Assembly (NCBI RefSeq): GCF_964355755.1
Contig: NC_092673.1
Coordinates: forward strand, 9,548,001-9,612,000
Direction: 5' to 3'
From: Antedon mediterranea
Lineage: Eukaryota > Animalia > Echinodermata
DNA length: 64,000 bases
The position numbers and the translations under genes were made by a program. How positions within the stretch are numbered: the first letter of the stretch is position 1; each line of letters starts with the position of its first letter. Shown here in pieces: positions 11,299 to 24,534 of this stretch. Below the pieces are notes generated by a model. The model ran no database searches, was not told where the DNA came from, and worked only from the letters and a program-made list of their open reading frames with translations.

Positions 11299-14200
11299 AT
11301 TTTTTTTAATTTTTTTAAATTTTATTCAATTTCCAGGTAACATACAAAAATCATAAACAAAGTACGGCATCATTCAACAAAACAGAACAAAAGTACTATC
11401 AGCACCTGCGGGTAACCAAAAGTGGATCAGTTCAAAATAACTGCACTGTCGAGTGGCTTTCCCAACTAATAGTACGAAAAACGCAAAAGACAAAAAAACA
11501 CAGTGATAGTCTAGATGAATTCGATATCAGTAATACATTTTTTCAAATCCCTTCTAAATCCCCCAAAGTTAAACAGGACTTTGTTACGAACTTCATGCGG
11601 GATACATTCCCATATTCGAGGGAAATTAACAAACCGGGAGTATTTAAATGCATTAGTTCTAGCATACATGTGTTTAAAGGTGAGGGACTCTGGATACCGA
11701 GAATTAATTGTAAGGTATTCAAATATATCAAAATCAATTAAATTATGCAAACACTTAACTACAAAAATTATACTATGAAATTTCATTCTTTGAACCATAT
11801 CTGGTAAATTTAGTATCTTAAGCCTGTCAGTGAAATCGCCTTCAACACACAATTTAGTAACCCGTCTTTAATGACTTGTTAATAGCTATATTATGTTGTT
11901 TTTGATGTGGATCCCACACAGGAGCACCATATTCAATAACAGGTCGACATAGTGCATTAAAAAGTCGTAGTAAAATGTCGGTGTCATTGAAACCTACAAA
12001 CCGTTTGATAAACCCAAGCATTCTCATAGATTTCATCGATACATCATTAACGTGAGCAGACCATGTTAAATCACGTGAGAAGTTAATACCAAGATATTTA
12101 TGTGAATTAACAGCTTCAAGGGGATTGGATTCGATTGTATAAATAAAATGAGGGATATAATTACGTTTCCTAGTTATGTGCATGACTTTACACTTCTTTG
12201 CATTTAATTTCATTTTATTATCCTCACACCATTTGGAAATTTTACAAAGATCCTGTTGTAAGGTAAGTGCATCATGACGACTGAATACAGGTTTATAAAT
12301 TACAGTATCATCTGCATACTGCTTCATAACAGAAGAGGTATTTAGAGGTAGGTCATAAACAAAGAGATTAAATAGAAGCGGGCCTAACACTGATCCCTGA
12401 GGAACACCCGAGCCCACTCTATCCCAATCAGAATGCTCCTTATTAAGAACAACACGTTGGAATCTGTCACTGAGAAAGGACACTTTAGGAGAGATCCACA
12501 TACTCCCATGTTGTGCAGTTTCTTGATTACTAAATCATGGGGAACACGGTCAAAGGCCTTCTCCCAATCAAGGAATATTGCATCAATTACAGGAGGTTGT
12601 CTAACATCCATTGTTTGTGACCAATCATGATATAACGCTGAGGCCTGTGTAATACACGATCTACCTGGATAAAACCCGTGTTGCATGGGACTTATAAATC
12701 CAAAAAATTGAAGATGAAAAAGAATGTTATCTGCTATAATACGTTCAAAAACCTTACCTATAATAGAACATAGCGATATGGGTCGATAATTATTAACATC
12801 GTTACGATTACCTGACTTAAAAATAGGAGTGACATTCGCGAGTTTCCAATCTTTTGGTACAAAGCCATCCGTTAAGAACTTGTTAAACATTTTGCACAAC
12901 ACTGGGGCAATAATTGGAGCTGACATGGATAACATTTTAGGTGTAATCCCGTCTGGTCCAGGGGATTTGTTGGGTTTCAATGGCAATAGAGCCTCGAAAA
13001 TAGTTTTTTCAGTAATATTAATGTTATTAAGGGGAACAATATCTGGGTGAACACAATTACAGATCTCATGGTTAACATTGAAATTACGATTAGGTTCGTT
13101 AAAGTTTGACGCAAAGAATGTGGAAAATGTATTTACCGCATCGATATCGGAAACCAAGGGTATACCGTTAAAAACAAAGTTTTTGACTTGTCCAGTCTTA
13201 CGCCTTGTCTTAACATAACTAAAAAAACGTTTGGAGTCACCATTTACACAGGCGACACTTAATTTCCTAATATATTGTAAATGAGCTTTTTTTGTTAGGT
13301 TTCTTAATTTATTACTAAACTTTCTATATTTGTCCATCTTGGGTTATGAGGATGACGATAAGCCTCTTTTAGCATTCGTTTCTTTTTACGAGCCATGGTA
13401 ACCATTTCTTGAGTTATCCAAGCTGGCCTGTTTCTTTTCTTACTTTTGACTTTAGGGATACAATCGTTGATAGTGGCGAGAAAGAGGTCTTTAAAATTTT
13501 CCCACATTTCCTCACAGTCTGATTGTTCCAGGCACAGTCCCCAAGGAACCGCCCCCAACGTTGTAAAAAGATCGTCATGGTCACATTTACTATATTGATA
13601 ATAATATCTATCTACAGGTTTAACTTTACTGCATCTAGCGTTAATATTAAAATAAACCCCAAGGTGGTCACTTGTACTGAGACCGGGATGACTTCTGAAA
13701 TTACATACAATGTCAGGGTTATTGCACAAGACCAGATCAATAATGCTACTTTTGGTGTTAGATACACGAGTAAAAAAATCAACAAATTGTATAGTATCAG
13801 GTGGAGCAATAATTTCTTTAAATTTCTTATAAACTAAGGGACTATCAACACCGTAATCATAATTAAAATCACCAGTTAAAATTATACCACAGTACTTATG
13901 TAAAATAGATAGGATAAAATCAACGACATCGTGGAATTGATTGAGCCAATCGTCATTTGAACTCGGTGGCCTATAAACAGCACATTAAAACGTTAAAATT
14001 GTTATTTACAGTTATTTCAATAATTTTGACCTCAATGTTAGTAGGAAAGTCAACAATAGAGGATTTAAATGCGTTCTTCAAAGCTAACAGAACACCACCA
14101 CCGTGTCTTGAACGGTCTTTTCTGTACACAACGAATGAGTCTGGAAACAGTTCCGTACTATCAATAGAGGAGTCCAGCCACGTTTCTGTGACAATCAAGA

Positions 14201-14465
14201 TGTCCAATTCATCAATTGCGATACGCGCATGGAATTCTTCGATCTTATTCACCACACTTCTGGTGTTAAATAAAGCAACTTGAATAAGGTTAGTTTCAAA
14301 GATGGAAGAATCAGTTGATGTATTGCTGGATGCAAGTGACAATATACTGTTGTTGTTGTTCAATGAGTTTTAAAAAAATGAGTCCGATAGTTGTGGTAGG
14401 GAGCAGATGTTACACGCCCATGGATTATCTTGATAATCTTGCTCATAGGTATGCACTTGGTATGA
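11299..14465 (-). mobile_element. CR1-type LINE, near-complete ORF2 (PHD remnant, APE, RT), frameshifted
   Basis: HTKC...WACNICSLPQLSDSFF, then FNTRS/VTETWL/YRKDRSRHGGGV (APE), SDH, KSPGPDGI, YRPISL, QHGF, KAFDRV, GVPQGSVLGP, YADD; 3' UTR and A-rich tail. Confidence 0.93.
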
Positions 14466-15274
14466 AATATGTGATGACATTCACAGCAAGGTAACAGGTA
14501 ACAATAATACCGTTAACATTTTTTTCTATCGCTTACAAAAAAATTATATGATAAGCAATTTTGCATGTAAAAGAATAGGATTTTTCTTTATAGACTGTTG
14601 AAAACCTAATTAACTTGGACAAAATATAGAAAAACAATACAACGCTTTTCTATATAAACTCTATGAAATCTCTATAGAATTTTAATAGAGATTTTATAGA
14701 ATCATTCTATAGAAATTCTATAGAATATTTGATATAAATTCTATAAAAATATTTGTATTTAATTCTATAGAACACATTTGTAATATTAACATGAATTAAT
14801 TATCAATACTGTGTATTTGAATTATATCAACTTTTGCTTACTGTATATCATCAATTATTATCATTTTTCATTGTTTAATTAATTGGAGTGGTTAATTAAC
14901 ACCTCCCTGGTTTAATTAACAAACACTATTCCAAGCCATAATGGATTGGTCCATGCATGCAGTGCCTCCTGGAATAGCTTGGTGCAACTGCAAGAAGAAA
15001 TCAGCGGGAGGATTCGAATTGTGTAGCCGAGCAAGATAGCCTCTAATTTTATTTGAAGAAAGATGAATACTTTGAATCATGTACAGTCTTAGCCAAAGGT
15101 TGGTTAATTAGTATTGTATTATTAACCTAGCTTACACGTACCATATATGAGTTACATATTTATAAGATGCTTTTTGGCCTATTAGGCCAAAAAGCATCTT
15201 ATAAATATGTAACTCATATTAAATAGTAGTAGGCCTATGAGAATAATCAGGCCAACAAGCCAGCCTACTACTAG

Positions 15275-17243
15275 GGGATTACGGTCGAAGTGACCGCCAA
15301 CCAAAGCGGCCGCTAGTTCAAAGACGGTAATTTGTATGGAACGCCGTGTGCGCTTTGATTGTCGTTGTTTTGTAATTTTTGATTGTCAATGGTCATTGTT
15401 TCGATCGACAGGTTTTCTTTTCCTCGGACGTAAATAACAACCTACATTATTAATATTATGTAATTTATTCTCTTTTTTTACAGATTGAATGTGATACATT
15501 CTTTTAAACGAAATGGCGAATCGATGATTACTTACTTTAACTGTTCTAAATGATATAGGCCTATACGTTTAATAAAGTCAATAAAATACATTGTGGTGTT
15601 TGTATTGTATATTAAATACTAAGCCAATTATTAAGAATAATATATATATTTTTTCAATAAAGTATAACAAAATATATATTGTTATTGTATATTAATATAT
15701 TAGTAAAGTAACTACTGTGTAGTACGTGTTCGCAAACATAATTTAATTACAATAACATGATGACATCAATTTATTTATTTAATATCCTAAATTGTTTTAT
15801 ACCTTCAGATATAAATATTGATCAATTTAAAATGAGTTTTAAATAATAAAATAAGATGCAAGTGTCCGTACGGTACGGTAATTAATTACGCAAATTTCTG
15901 CTAATAACTCGACAGGCGGCCGGCCAGGAATAGTGCTGTAGAAGGTCGCGTTTTCGTCTTTACGTTGCTTTATTGAAAACACAAACAATGTATTACAATG
16001 GAATAACACTTAAATGTATAACACACCCTATTACTAATCAATAAAAACAAGATTCGATAGTACAGTGTAAACTAAACGAGATATAAAAATTCGGCAATAA
16101 ATTATTATTGCAATATTGTATAAAGATTCGATGTAAATGAGATATAAAGATTCGGCAATACCGTATGTAAATTATTAATGCAATACTGTATAAAGATTCG
16201 ATAGTATGTAAATGAGATATAAATATTCGGCAATACCGTACGTAAATTATTAATGCAATACTGTATAAAGATTCGATAGTATGTAAATGAGATATAAATA
16301 TTCGACAATATCGTACGTAAATTATTATTGCAATACTGTATAAAGATTTGATAGTATGTATTATGAGATATAAATATTCGGCAATACCGTACGTAAATTA
16401 TTAATGCAATACTGTATAAAGATTCGATAGTATGTAAATGAGATATAAAGATTCGGCAATACCGTACGTAAATTATTAATGCAATACTGTATGAAGATTT
16501 GATTGTATGTAAATGAGATATAAAGATTCGGCAATACCGTAGAGTACGTAAATTATTATTGCAATACTGTAAAAAGATTCTATGAGATATAAGGATTCAG
16601 CAATACCATACGTAAATTATTAATGCAATACTGTATTTAGGATTCGATAGTATGAAAATGAGATAAAAAGATTCGGCAATACCGTACGTAAAATATTAAT
16701 GCAATACTGTATAAAGATTCGATAGTATGTAAATGAGATATAAATATTCGGCAATACCGTACGTAAATTATTAATGCAATACTGTATAAAGATTCGATAG
16801 GAGAGTACTCAAGAAACATCGGGTCAGTTCAACGTTATTTTTTATGTATTTAAAAAAAAAAGGAGATATAAATAAACAAATAAATAGTACGTAAATGAGA
16901 CATAAAGGTTCAATAGTATGTAGATTATGATGCAAACGTAAATTACTAATGATTCGATAGTATATGTAAATATATTTAGTTAGTTAATATTAAAATACAA
17001 ATAAAATATACATTGATTTATCGGCAGGCAAACTTAATTATTATAGAAATATAAAGATTCGATAGTACATATATATATATATATATTTATTGGTTTGACC
17101 ATACATACAGCTGTAACTCAACTCGCAATAGGCCATGGCGTTGACAACGACAATCAAAGATTAAAGCGCACATGGCGTTCCATACAAATGACGATATTAA
17201 ACTGGCGGCTGCTTTGGTTGGCGGCCGCTTCGACCATACTCCC
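15275..17243 (+). mobile_element. Unclassified TIR element with 6-bp TSD carrying a 75-bp satellite, copy 1
   Basis: ~95-bp imperfect TIR GGGATTACGGTCGAAG.../...CTTCGACCATACTCCC; TSD TACTAG (15269-15274, 17244-17249); about 10 satellite units at 16050-16800. Confidence 0.88.
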
Positions 17244-18240
17244 TACTAGGCCTACATATGGTGACTTGGGATTGGTTAGAAAAGCTAGGCCTAGTTAATT
17301 AAGAATTTAATTCGTTTTGTGCCTTCAAAAGAAAAGACCTAGTTCATTGCCTAAATAAAAACAAGTTTCAAGCCTATATCATGATATAAACAATTCTGTC
17401 CTTTCTTATTCTATTGTTTTATAGATCTTGCCATCGTTACTATTATATTATTATACTGTAAGCTGTTTTTTTGCTGCGACAGTCATTGACCAACAAAGTA
17501 AAATAGATGAACAAAACACAGAAGGAGCCACAGCAGGAAGAAGATACTGAATAGTTTTTATGTTTTGTATATTTTGTTACACCTTGTTATTAATTCTTTT
17601 ATTCATTACCGTACTCCAACTCATAACTGACCAGTAAAGTATATGCTCAGCTGATGTGTAATTATTAGTTTTATATTTTTAATTCTAATTAGTTATTTAA
17701 TTTATCCACAACCTTGATCTTTTTAAAGTGATATATTCCCTATTTCCCACAAGGTACAACCAAAACAACCCAGAATATAAAAGACACCGAACCAACTACT
17801 AGTTATTCAACTGCAAAAACAATATTTAATAGTGTATAATAGTATATTTTTATGTGTATATGTGTAATTTCGTTTTTATATGTTTATCCTAAATATTTTA
17901 TTGATGTTTCAATAAATTGTAGTACGCACTGAAACAGATGAAAAATTGACTTTAGATTTTATTACAGTACTATTTTCGCCTATGCCTAACAAACGATTTG
18001 CTGTCGCATGAAAGAAGATCTAATAGCGGACTTGTATTTATTTCAAGCTGAAGATCTCAACCACCCATAGAAAATAAACATTGTTTGGCTACTCATTTTC
18101 TATAGAAATTTGTTGGGTTTCTATAGAAAAGTGAAACTTGTCATAGAAGTTCTATAGAAAATGTTATAGAATGTGTATACAGCTTTATATAATTTCTATA
18201 GAGTTTCTATGGAGCTTTATATAATTTCTATAAAGTTTCT

Positions 18241-21200
18241 GGGGCATTCCACAGTAGGCCTATTTGGTCCGTGAGTTGAAAAATTTCATTTGCTGATTTC
18301 TATGAAACTTTTGCCCATTTCCCAAAGTAGATATGTTGAAGTTTAATAAATAATTTCTTTTTTTATTTTCTGATAATTATTTTTCAAGTTATTGAATATT
18401 AAATATGAAAATGAATATATGGCGTTACAGACGAGACATTTTATAACCTAGTTATTTCATAAACAATGTATTATTTAACAATTTTTTTTCAGATAGTTAC
18501 TTTGTGTGCTTATTGTACATAATCAACTAATTTATTAAAAATATTTCTTTATTAATTTCATACAGGCCTTTTGAATTTAAAATTGTCCCGTCCGCAACGT
18601 GTGAGTGGGTTTTTCTACATTTATTTGAAAAGTAAAGATTACAAAAAATTGCTATTTAATTCTTAAATCATTCTTGTTTAAATGTTAGTCATGAAAACAT
18701 ACTGATCATGGAAAACACAAAGACTAGTGCAGAAAGAACAAGAGCTTGCAGACTGCGTATATGAAATAATATACCAGCCTATGAAGTGCGTCTCAAATTA
18801 GACCGAGAACGAAAACGAAAGGAGAGAAAAGCAAAAAACAAAGACAAGTTAACTGAAATTGAACGGGTAAAGAAAAGGAATGAAGAGCGGTTAAGGAAGA
18901 AAGCTTATCGAGCAAAGAAATTGAGAGAGCTGAACGCAAATGAAACACCGTCTCCAATTGTCAACACAGTGTATGGTAGCAGAAGCAGTTATGGCAAGGC
19001 CAAAGCTTGTGCTCGTGCAGCTCTTCCTACAACTCCAAACAGACAGGCAACAAGTGTAGCTGGTATCATTGAAGATATGACACCCACAAAACGTAAGAGA
19101 ATAGCAGATGTCATAGACAGAAGAGCTGCAAAACGTCGCCTTATTGAAGGATATATAATGCAAAACGACAACATATGGAGCTCAGAACCTTGAAAGCACA
19201 ATTGAAACCCGGTGAAATTATATTACATGAAGATTTTTCAGAGAACTATGCCTTGAAGTATCAAAGAGAAATCATGCAGGCTCACTGGTCCAACTTATTG
19301 CTATTATCTACATTAGAATCAGACTAGACGAAGAACTCAAGCATATCTCGTACACAGTAATATCAGATGAGCAGCGCCATGATAAGAAAGCTGTATTTGC
19401 ATTTAACAAGGCCATACTGAAAAACAAATTGCCATTTGATATTACCAAGGTTCACTACTGGTCGGATGGAGCTGGAAGTCAGTTTAAGAATCGTTTCATG
19501 TTCTGCAATTTGCTATTTCATGTTCATGATTTTGGATATCCGGCAGATTGGAGTTTCTTTGGGACCGCTCATGGAAAGGGACCAATAGATGGTATGGTAT
19601 CGGTGGTGAAGTGAAGCGTTCTGTATGGAGATCTGTCTTCCAGGGCAAGTTAGTTTTAGCTGATGCTAAAGAATTTTACTTGGCTGCAAAGGACTTGTAT
19701 AAGAAAATAAATGTCTTATATATAAATGCCAATGAAATCATCTCTGCAACTGAACATCTAGTCAACTAGTATACCTGGAACTCGTTTTCTGCATTTTATC
19801 AAGCCAATTAATGATTATCAAGTTGAACATTCACTAAACTCACAGTTCTCAAATGCAAATCCTGTATATACTATCAATGCTATGTTAAATTCTGTTTCCG
19901 CTGTTAGCGTCAAACCCCTCAAGTTCTATGTCTCTTCAGGATGAAACCATTCAACTAAAAGTAGGAGATTTTGTTCTCAGTGAATTTGCAACAAAGAAAG
20001 ACTATTTAAGCCAGATAACTACCAATATAGACAGAAATGAAATTGAAATTAGTTGTTTAAGAAACCCAAGTAAGGATAGAAAAACCTTTGTTTTTGCACA
20101 AATACCAGATGTATCTTGGATACCTACTGACAATGTTAGAGGGCAAACGGCAATGCCAATAGTTGATGAAAGGGGTCGATACATTTTTGAACGTCCCCTT
20201 GATATGTGCTAAATAAGAACTGTAGACAATGAAACTGAGCACTTTGTAATAACTTTAAAGCAGTATACTTTTTCATGAAATTATTAAATATTAATAATTA
20301 ATTCGCATTACTTTATAATTATCATCTTGTTAAATAAATTGTTAAAAAACAAAATCATTTCTGATGCTATAGAAAACTGTTCTTTTATGGTATAATTGTA
20401 ATATTTGATAATATAATTTGTTTGTGTATTGGACAAGTAATTTTAGAGTTTGTTTTTTTAACAAAATACTGTATACATAAACATCCAATAGTGAAATTTT
20501 CATTTTATGCCTTGTATGAAATAATATCACTTTTATTTACAGTAAATACTTTATACTGTACATACTGTACATTAACTTTATTATTTGTATGTTCACTATT
20601 TTTAAAATAAATTTCTCTGTACAATTATATGTCAAATTAATTTCAAAAATCATATTTCATATGCCTATTGCGTTTTTCGTACTATTAGTTGGGAAAGCCA
20701 CTCGACAGTGCAGTTCTTTTGAACTGATCCACTTTTGGTTACCCGCAGGTGCTGATAGTACTTTTGTTCTGTTTTGTTGAATGATGCCGTGCCTTGTTTA
20801 TGATTTTTGTATGTTACCTGGAAATTGAATAAAATAAAATAAACAAAAAAATATTATGAATTTCATATTTTTATTCAAAACAGTCTTTATCAGTGTTTCA
20901 AAGGTTGAATTATATTTTGACTTGTAAAATAAAAGGTTGTATTGATATGAAAAACTATATTTTTTTATTTTTTTCATTGAAATATGTAGTATTTTCTACC
21001 GTGGACAAAAGTGTCCCGTCCGCGACGTTGGAAATGTCCCGTCCGTAACGACATATAATTCATATTTATTAATAAATTTACAGTTATGATTTTATAATTA
21101 CCAGTCTACTATCTGGCAACAAAAAATTGTTGTAATCTCTTTTAATTGAGGAGAAATATTAGAATACGTAAACCTTCTTAAAAGTCATGTCCATTTGCTG

Positions 21201-21400
21201 TCTCATCCGCGACGTATACAATTTTTATAATATTTCATATTTTTGTGGGACTTTTTGAATTTTTTTTTTCCCATATTGAACATTTGACATATACGTAAAT
21301 ATTTATTCTACTTTGGATCTTCTATTCATTCACATTTCTAAGATATGGCTAGTTATATTCTCAAAAATGTCCCGTCCGTCACAAAAAAATACTGTATAGA
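18241..21400 (+). mobile_element. Sola2-like DNA transposon remnant with pseudogenised transposase
   Basis: Left end GGGGCATTCCAC; subterminal TGTCCCGTCCG(C/T)(A/G)ACG repeats; fragments HEDFSENY...QREIMQAHWS...HDKKAV...YWSDGAGSQFKN...WSFFGTAHGKGPIDG..GGEVKR. Right TIR not found. Confidence 0.72.
20668..20851 (+). mobile_element. Severely 5'-truncated CR1 copy (3' UTR only)
   Basis: Near-identical reverse complement of 11320-11486 (GGGAAAGCCACTCGACAGTGCAG...TTACCTGGAAATTGAATAAAA) with A-rich tail. Confidence 0.9.
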
Positions 21401-21945
21401 CCTATTATAGTTTTTACAGAGTTTCTATAGAATCTCTATAGAGTCTCAATAGAATTTCTATAGAGTTTCCAAAGAATTTCTATAGAGTTTCCATAGAATT
21501 TCTATAGAGTTTCCATAGAATTTCTATAGAGTTTCCATAGAATTTATATAGTTTCCATAGAATTTCTATAGAGTTTCCAAAGAATTTTTATACTTTCAGT
21601 AGAATTTTTATAGAGTTTCCATAGAATTTTTAGAGTTTTCATAGAAATATCTATAGAAATTCCATAGAGTTTTCATAGAGTTTCCATAGAATTTCTATAG
21701 ATTGTTTCTATAAAAAACTTTATAGAAAATTGTATAGAATTTTTTTTTATAAAATTCTATATAACAGATTGCACGAGGTCTGATGCGATGACTTTGGTAA
21801 TAAATTCTAGATCCCTAACACTGGAACGAGATGAAATGATACGATTTACTGCTTATGGCCTCGTAAGACAATTTTGAAAAAATGTCAGTCTAGGCTGAAA
21901 AAAGTGGATCTTTTTTCTTCCTTTCTTTTATAAATAAAGATTAAC

Positions 21946-22838
21946 GCCCGTATTCTTAAACCGGACTTTAGTCGTAGTTCGAGCTAAAACTAAAAAAATT
22001 ACGTCATTTTAATTCATAAACCGAACTTCAACTAAATCGCCAACTAATTCAGGCCAACCTCGACTAAATCGAGACGGATTTTGATCGATTTTTTTAGTCC
22101 TGGAGGGGGCAGGCTAAATGGTCGACTAAATGGTTTTTAAACGATGTTTATGAAAAACGTAACAGTCATTGAGTTGTTATATTGGCCAGATATTGAAGAA
22201 TGAAATATCTATTTTTATATTAGCTTAATTAAATATACATTGGTATATGTTATAATAATGAAAATCATCTTTATTTACAACTGTATACAAATTACATAAT
22301 TTTCTTTGCGCAAGTCCGACTTCAACTACGTCACGCCATAGCGACAATGGCAGATGCGGAAATTCACCACGCGATGGAATGTTTAGGGGGCCTAGCGCTT
22401 TCTTGTCACGCTATGAAGTGCGTGGTTCGTCGCGATCATACTTTGTTGGGGGCCTAGAAAATATAAAAGTTACCGTACCGCCATGGTTCCTAAATATATT
22501 TTGAAGATTTTGTTTGTTGTTAATCAAAAGTACTTCACTGTTAAATTAATACTGATCTTGTTCTAATAATAAACGATTAAAATTATTTTTCATGTATAGT
22601 CCTGATGCGTAAAAAGTGTTGTAAGAAAATGGAAAGTGATATCAATGCGCAAAATTTCGTCTGCTCCTCAAATACTCTCTTGTCATTGGCCAATGTATAG
22701 CCTTTGTTACCCAGACGTGTGCAATTCGACTAAAAGCTCGACTTCGTTTTTGAATCGAATTTGAAGTAATAGCTCGAACTACGACTTTTTCAAGTCGAAC
22801 TTCGAACTACGACTAAAGTCCGGTTTAAGAATACGGGC
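21946..22838. mobile_element. PIF/Harbinger-like MITE
   Basis: 37-bp TIR GCCCGTATTCTTAAACCGGACTTTAGTCGTAGTTCGA, with TAA/TTA-like flanks (TSD imperfect). Confidence 0.7.
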
Positions 22839-22940
22839 ATTAGACAGAATCAATAGGTATATGTATTTTATAAATAGCCTATAATTCCTCATAGTGACAT
22901 ATACAGGTTTATGTATTTAATGAATAAGGCATATTCTTAC

Positions 22941-23160
22941 TTTTAAACTTGTAGCTTGTTTCAATAACTCCAATAATCTCAGTTTTAATGTCATCTTTTA
23001 CCCCTCTCTCATTAGAAGTATTTGACCCTTTTTTCAATCTTCGGTGATAAACCTTCAAGAGGATCCTTTCTGTTGGCACCACCTCTCCAGTACAACAATG
23101 TGAATATGGATCATTAGGTCGAAAATATAAGCTTAATTTCTTATTCTTATCTGCCAGAAC
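22941..23160 (-). CDS. GTF3C5: GTF3C5 coding exon 2
   Basis: Acceptor TTTTTAAAG, then VLADKNKKLSLYFRPNDPYSHCCTGEVVPTERILLKV...EIIGVIETSYKFK (LYFRPxDPYxH motif). 220 nt, phase-1 donor GTAAGA. Confidence 0.92.
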
Positions 23161-23320
23161 CTTTAAAAAGATATTTTAAAATTATTAAAACCAGACAATG
23201 CTTTGTATCAATTTAGTAGTATCATGGATTAAGGAATAGAAGGATATGCATCAGTTTGAGATCAAACCTTTCATGACTCTTGCCGACATAGCGCGGACTG
23301 CCCACAATGTTATAAAATAA

Positions 23321-23572
23321 GGTGAGGAGGTGAGTCCCGTGTTCTCTGAACGTAGGGGAATGAGCTGTTAGGAGCTCATTGTACTAAGCCTCGGCATTAT
23401 GTGGTAGGGTGGCCAGTTCCTTTCCACGCCGCCTTTTTTCTCCCTAGTATTTTCAACCAGGTACTCATTTTACAGCTGAGTGAACTGGGAGTTGTCGGGC
23501 ATTGAACCCGGGTCTATCTGTACGACAGTCAAGTGTCCTAACCACTCGGCTATCCAACTCCTGTTGTCCTCC
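23321..23572 (-). mobile_element. tRNA-derived SINE with RTE-related 3' part
   Basis: A box TAGCCGAGTGG, B box GGTTCAATGCC, central CAGTTCACTCAGCTGTAAAATGAGTACC, RTE-like GTGGAAAGGAACTGGCCACCCTACCAC; 11-bp TSD TTATAAAATAA. Confidence 0.85.
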
Positions 23573-23838
23573 TTATAAAATAAACACAGTTTAATTAACC
23601 GTCATTAACAATGAAACGGTCAAGTGCCTAATATATTGTTTACTGCACATGCTCAACAACTTTTAATCTTAATGGCCATGCTTTCGTACGCTCTTATCTT
23701 TGTAGCATGATTAATATTTTATATTTTTAGCGCTAGCCGCTATGGCGACGAACAAAACTTTATGCGACGAACTTAATATAACTTTTCTGATCTCCCAGAA
23801 ATATTACAAGATTATTAATAAATGTAATTACGAGATTA

Positions 23839-24534
23839 CCGTACTGACGCGGGTATAAGCCCACCCCCCTCGAACATGAAATCACGTCAAGTTTGGGGGG
23901 TGGGCTTATACCCGAGGATCCAAAAATGCAGATCGTCAAAAACAGCACATGTACACTGTGTATTTCCACCATGCGAGCGAGCGAGCGCCCTCACGTGTAC
24001 GACGTTGCCTCTAAATACACGAGGTGTAGAGTGTCGGAAAATTAAGCTTATAGCCTAGTTCGTGTAATTTATCGTAGAATATCTTATTTTAAACGTCAAT
24101 TGAACAAGATTTTATCAAGCAGAAAAGCAAGTGTACAATGTTCGTTAAATAGAAATGTACCAAAGAAATTTAATAAGCTTGTTTATGGCAGCCGATACCA
24201 AATAGTGGTTTTCCGTTTTGGCGACTTGTATGTAGCGTCGTCTGTGAAGCGATCTTCGACCGCGATGGAGTGTAAACAAAACAGGACCGCTAGGCCTCAT
24301 ATGGCCTAGCGTATATTAGCCTAGCGTATATTAGCCTAGCTTGGTTATGATCAAAGGTAGGTGTATTCGGTGTATGGACGTCGCCAAATACAAAAATATG
24401 TATTACGACACACACTGTAGATCTTCGAATTAATGGGTGGGCTTATACCCGAGTGCCTCATTTTTCATGAAAATTAGTCAAAAGTCGGGGGTGGGCTTAT
24501 ACCCGAGTATGGGCTTATACCCGCGTCAGTACGG
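23839..24534. mobile_element. Tc2/pogo-like MITE
   Basis: Perfect 25-bp TIR CCGTACTGACGCGGGTATAAGCCCA, TA TSD, internal GGGCTTATACCCG repeats. Confidence 0.88.

Noticed and set aside
23490-23565. tRNA gene (also 42885-42958)
   Set aside because: A/B boxes are present but there is no clean cloverleaf; both continue into SINE bodies, and one has an 11-bp TSD.
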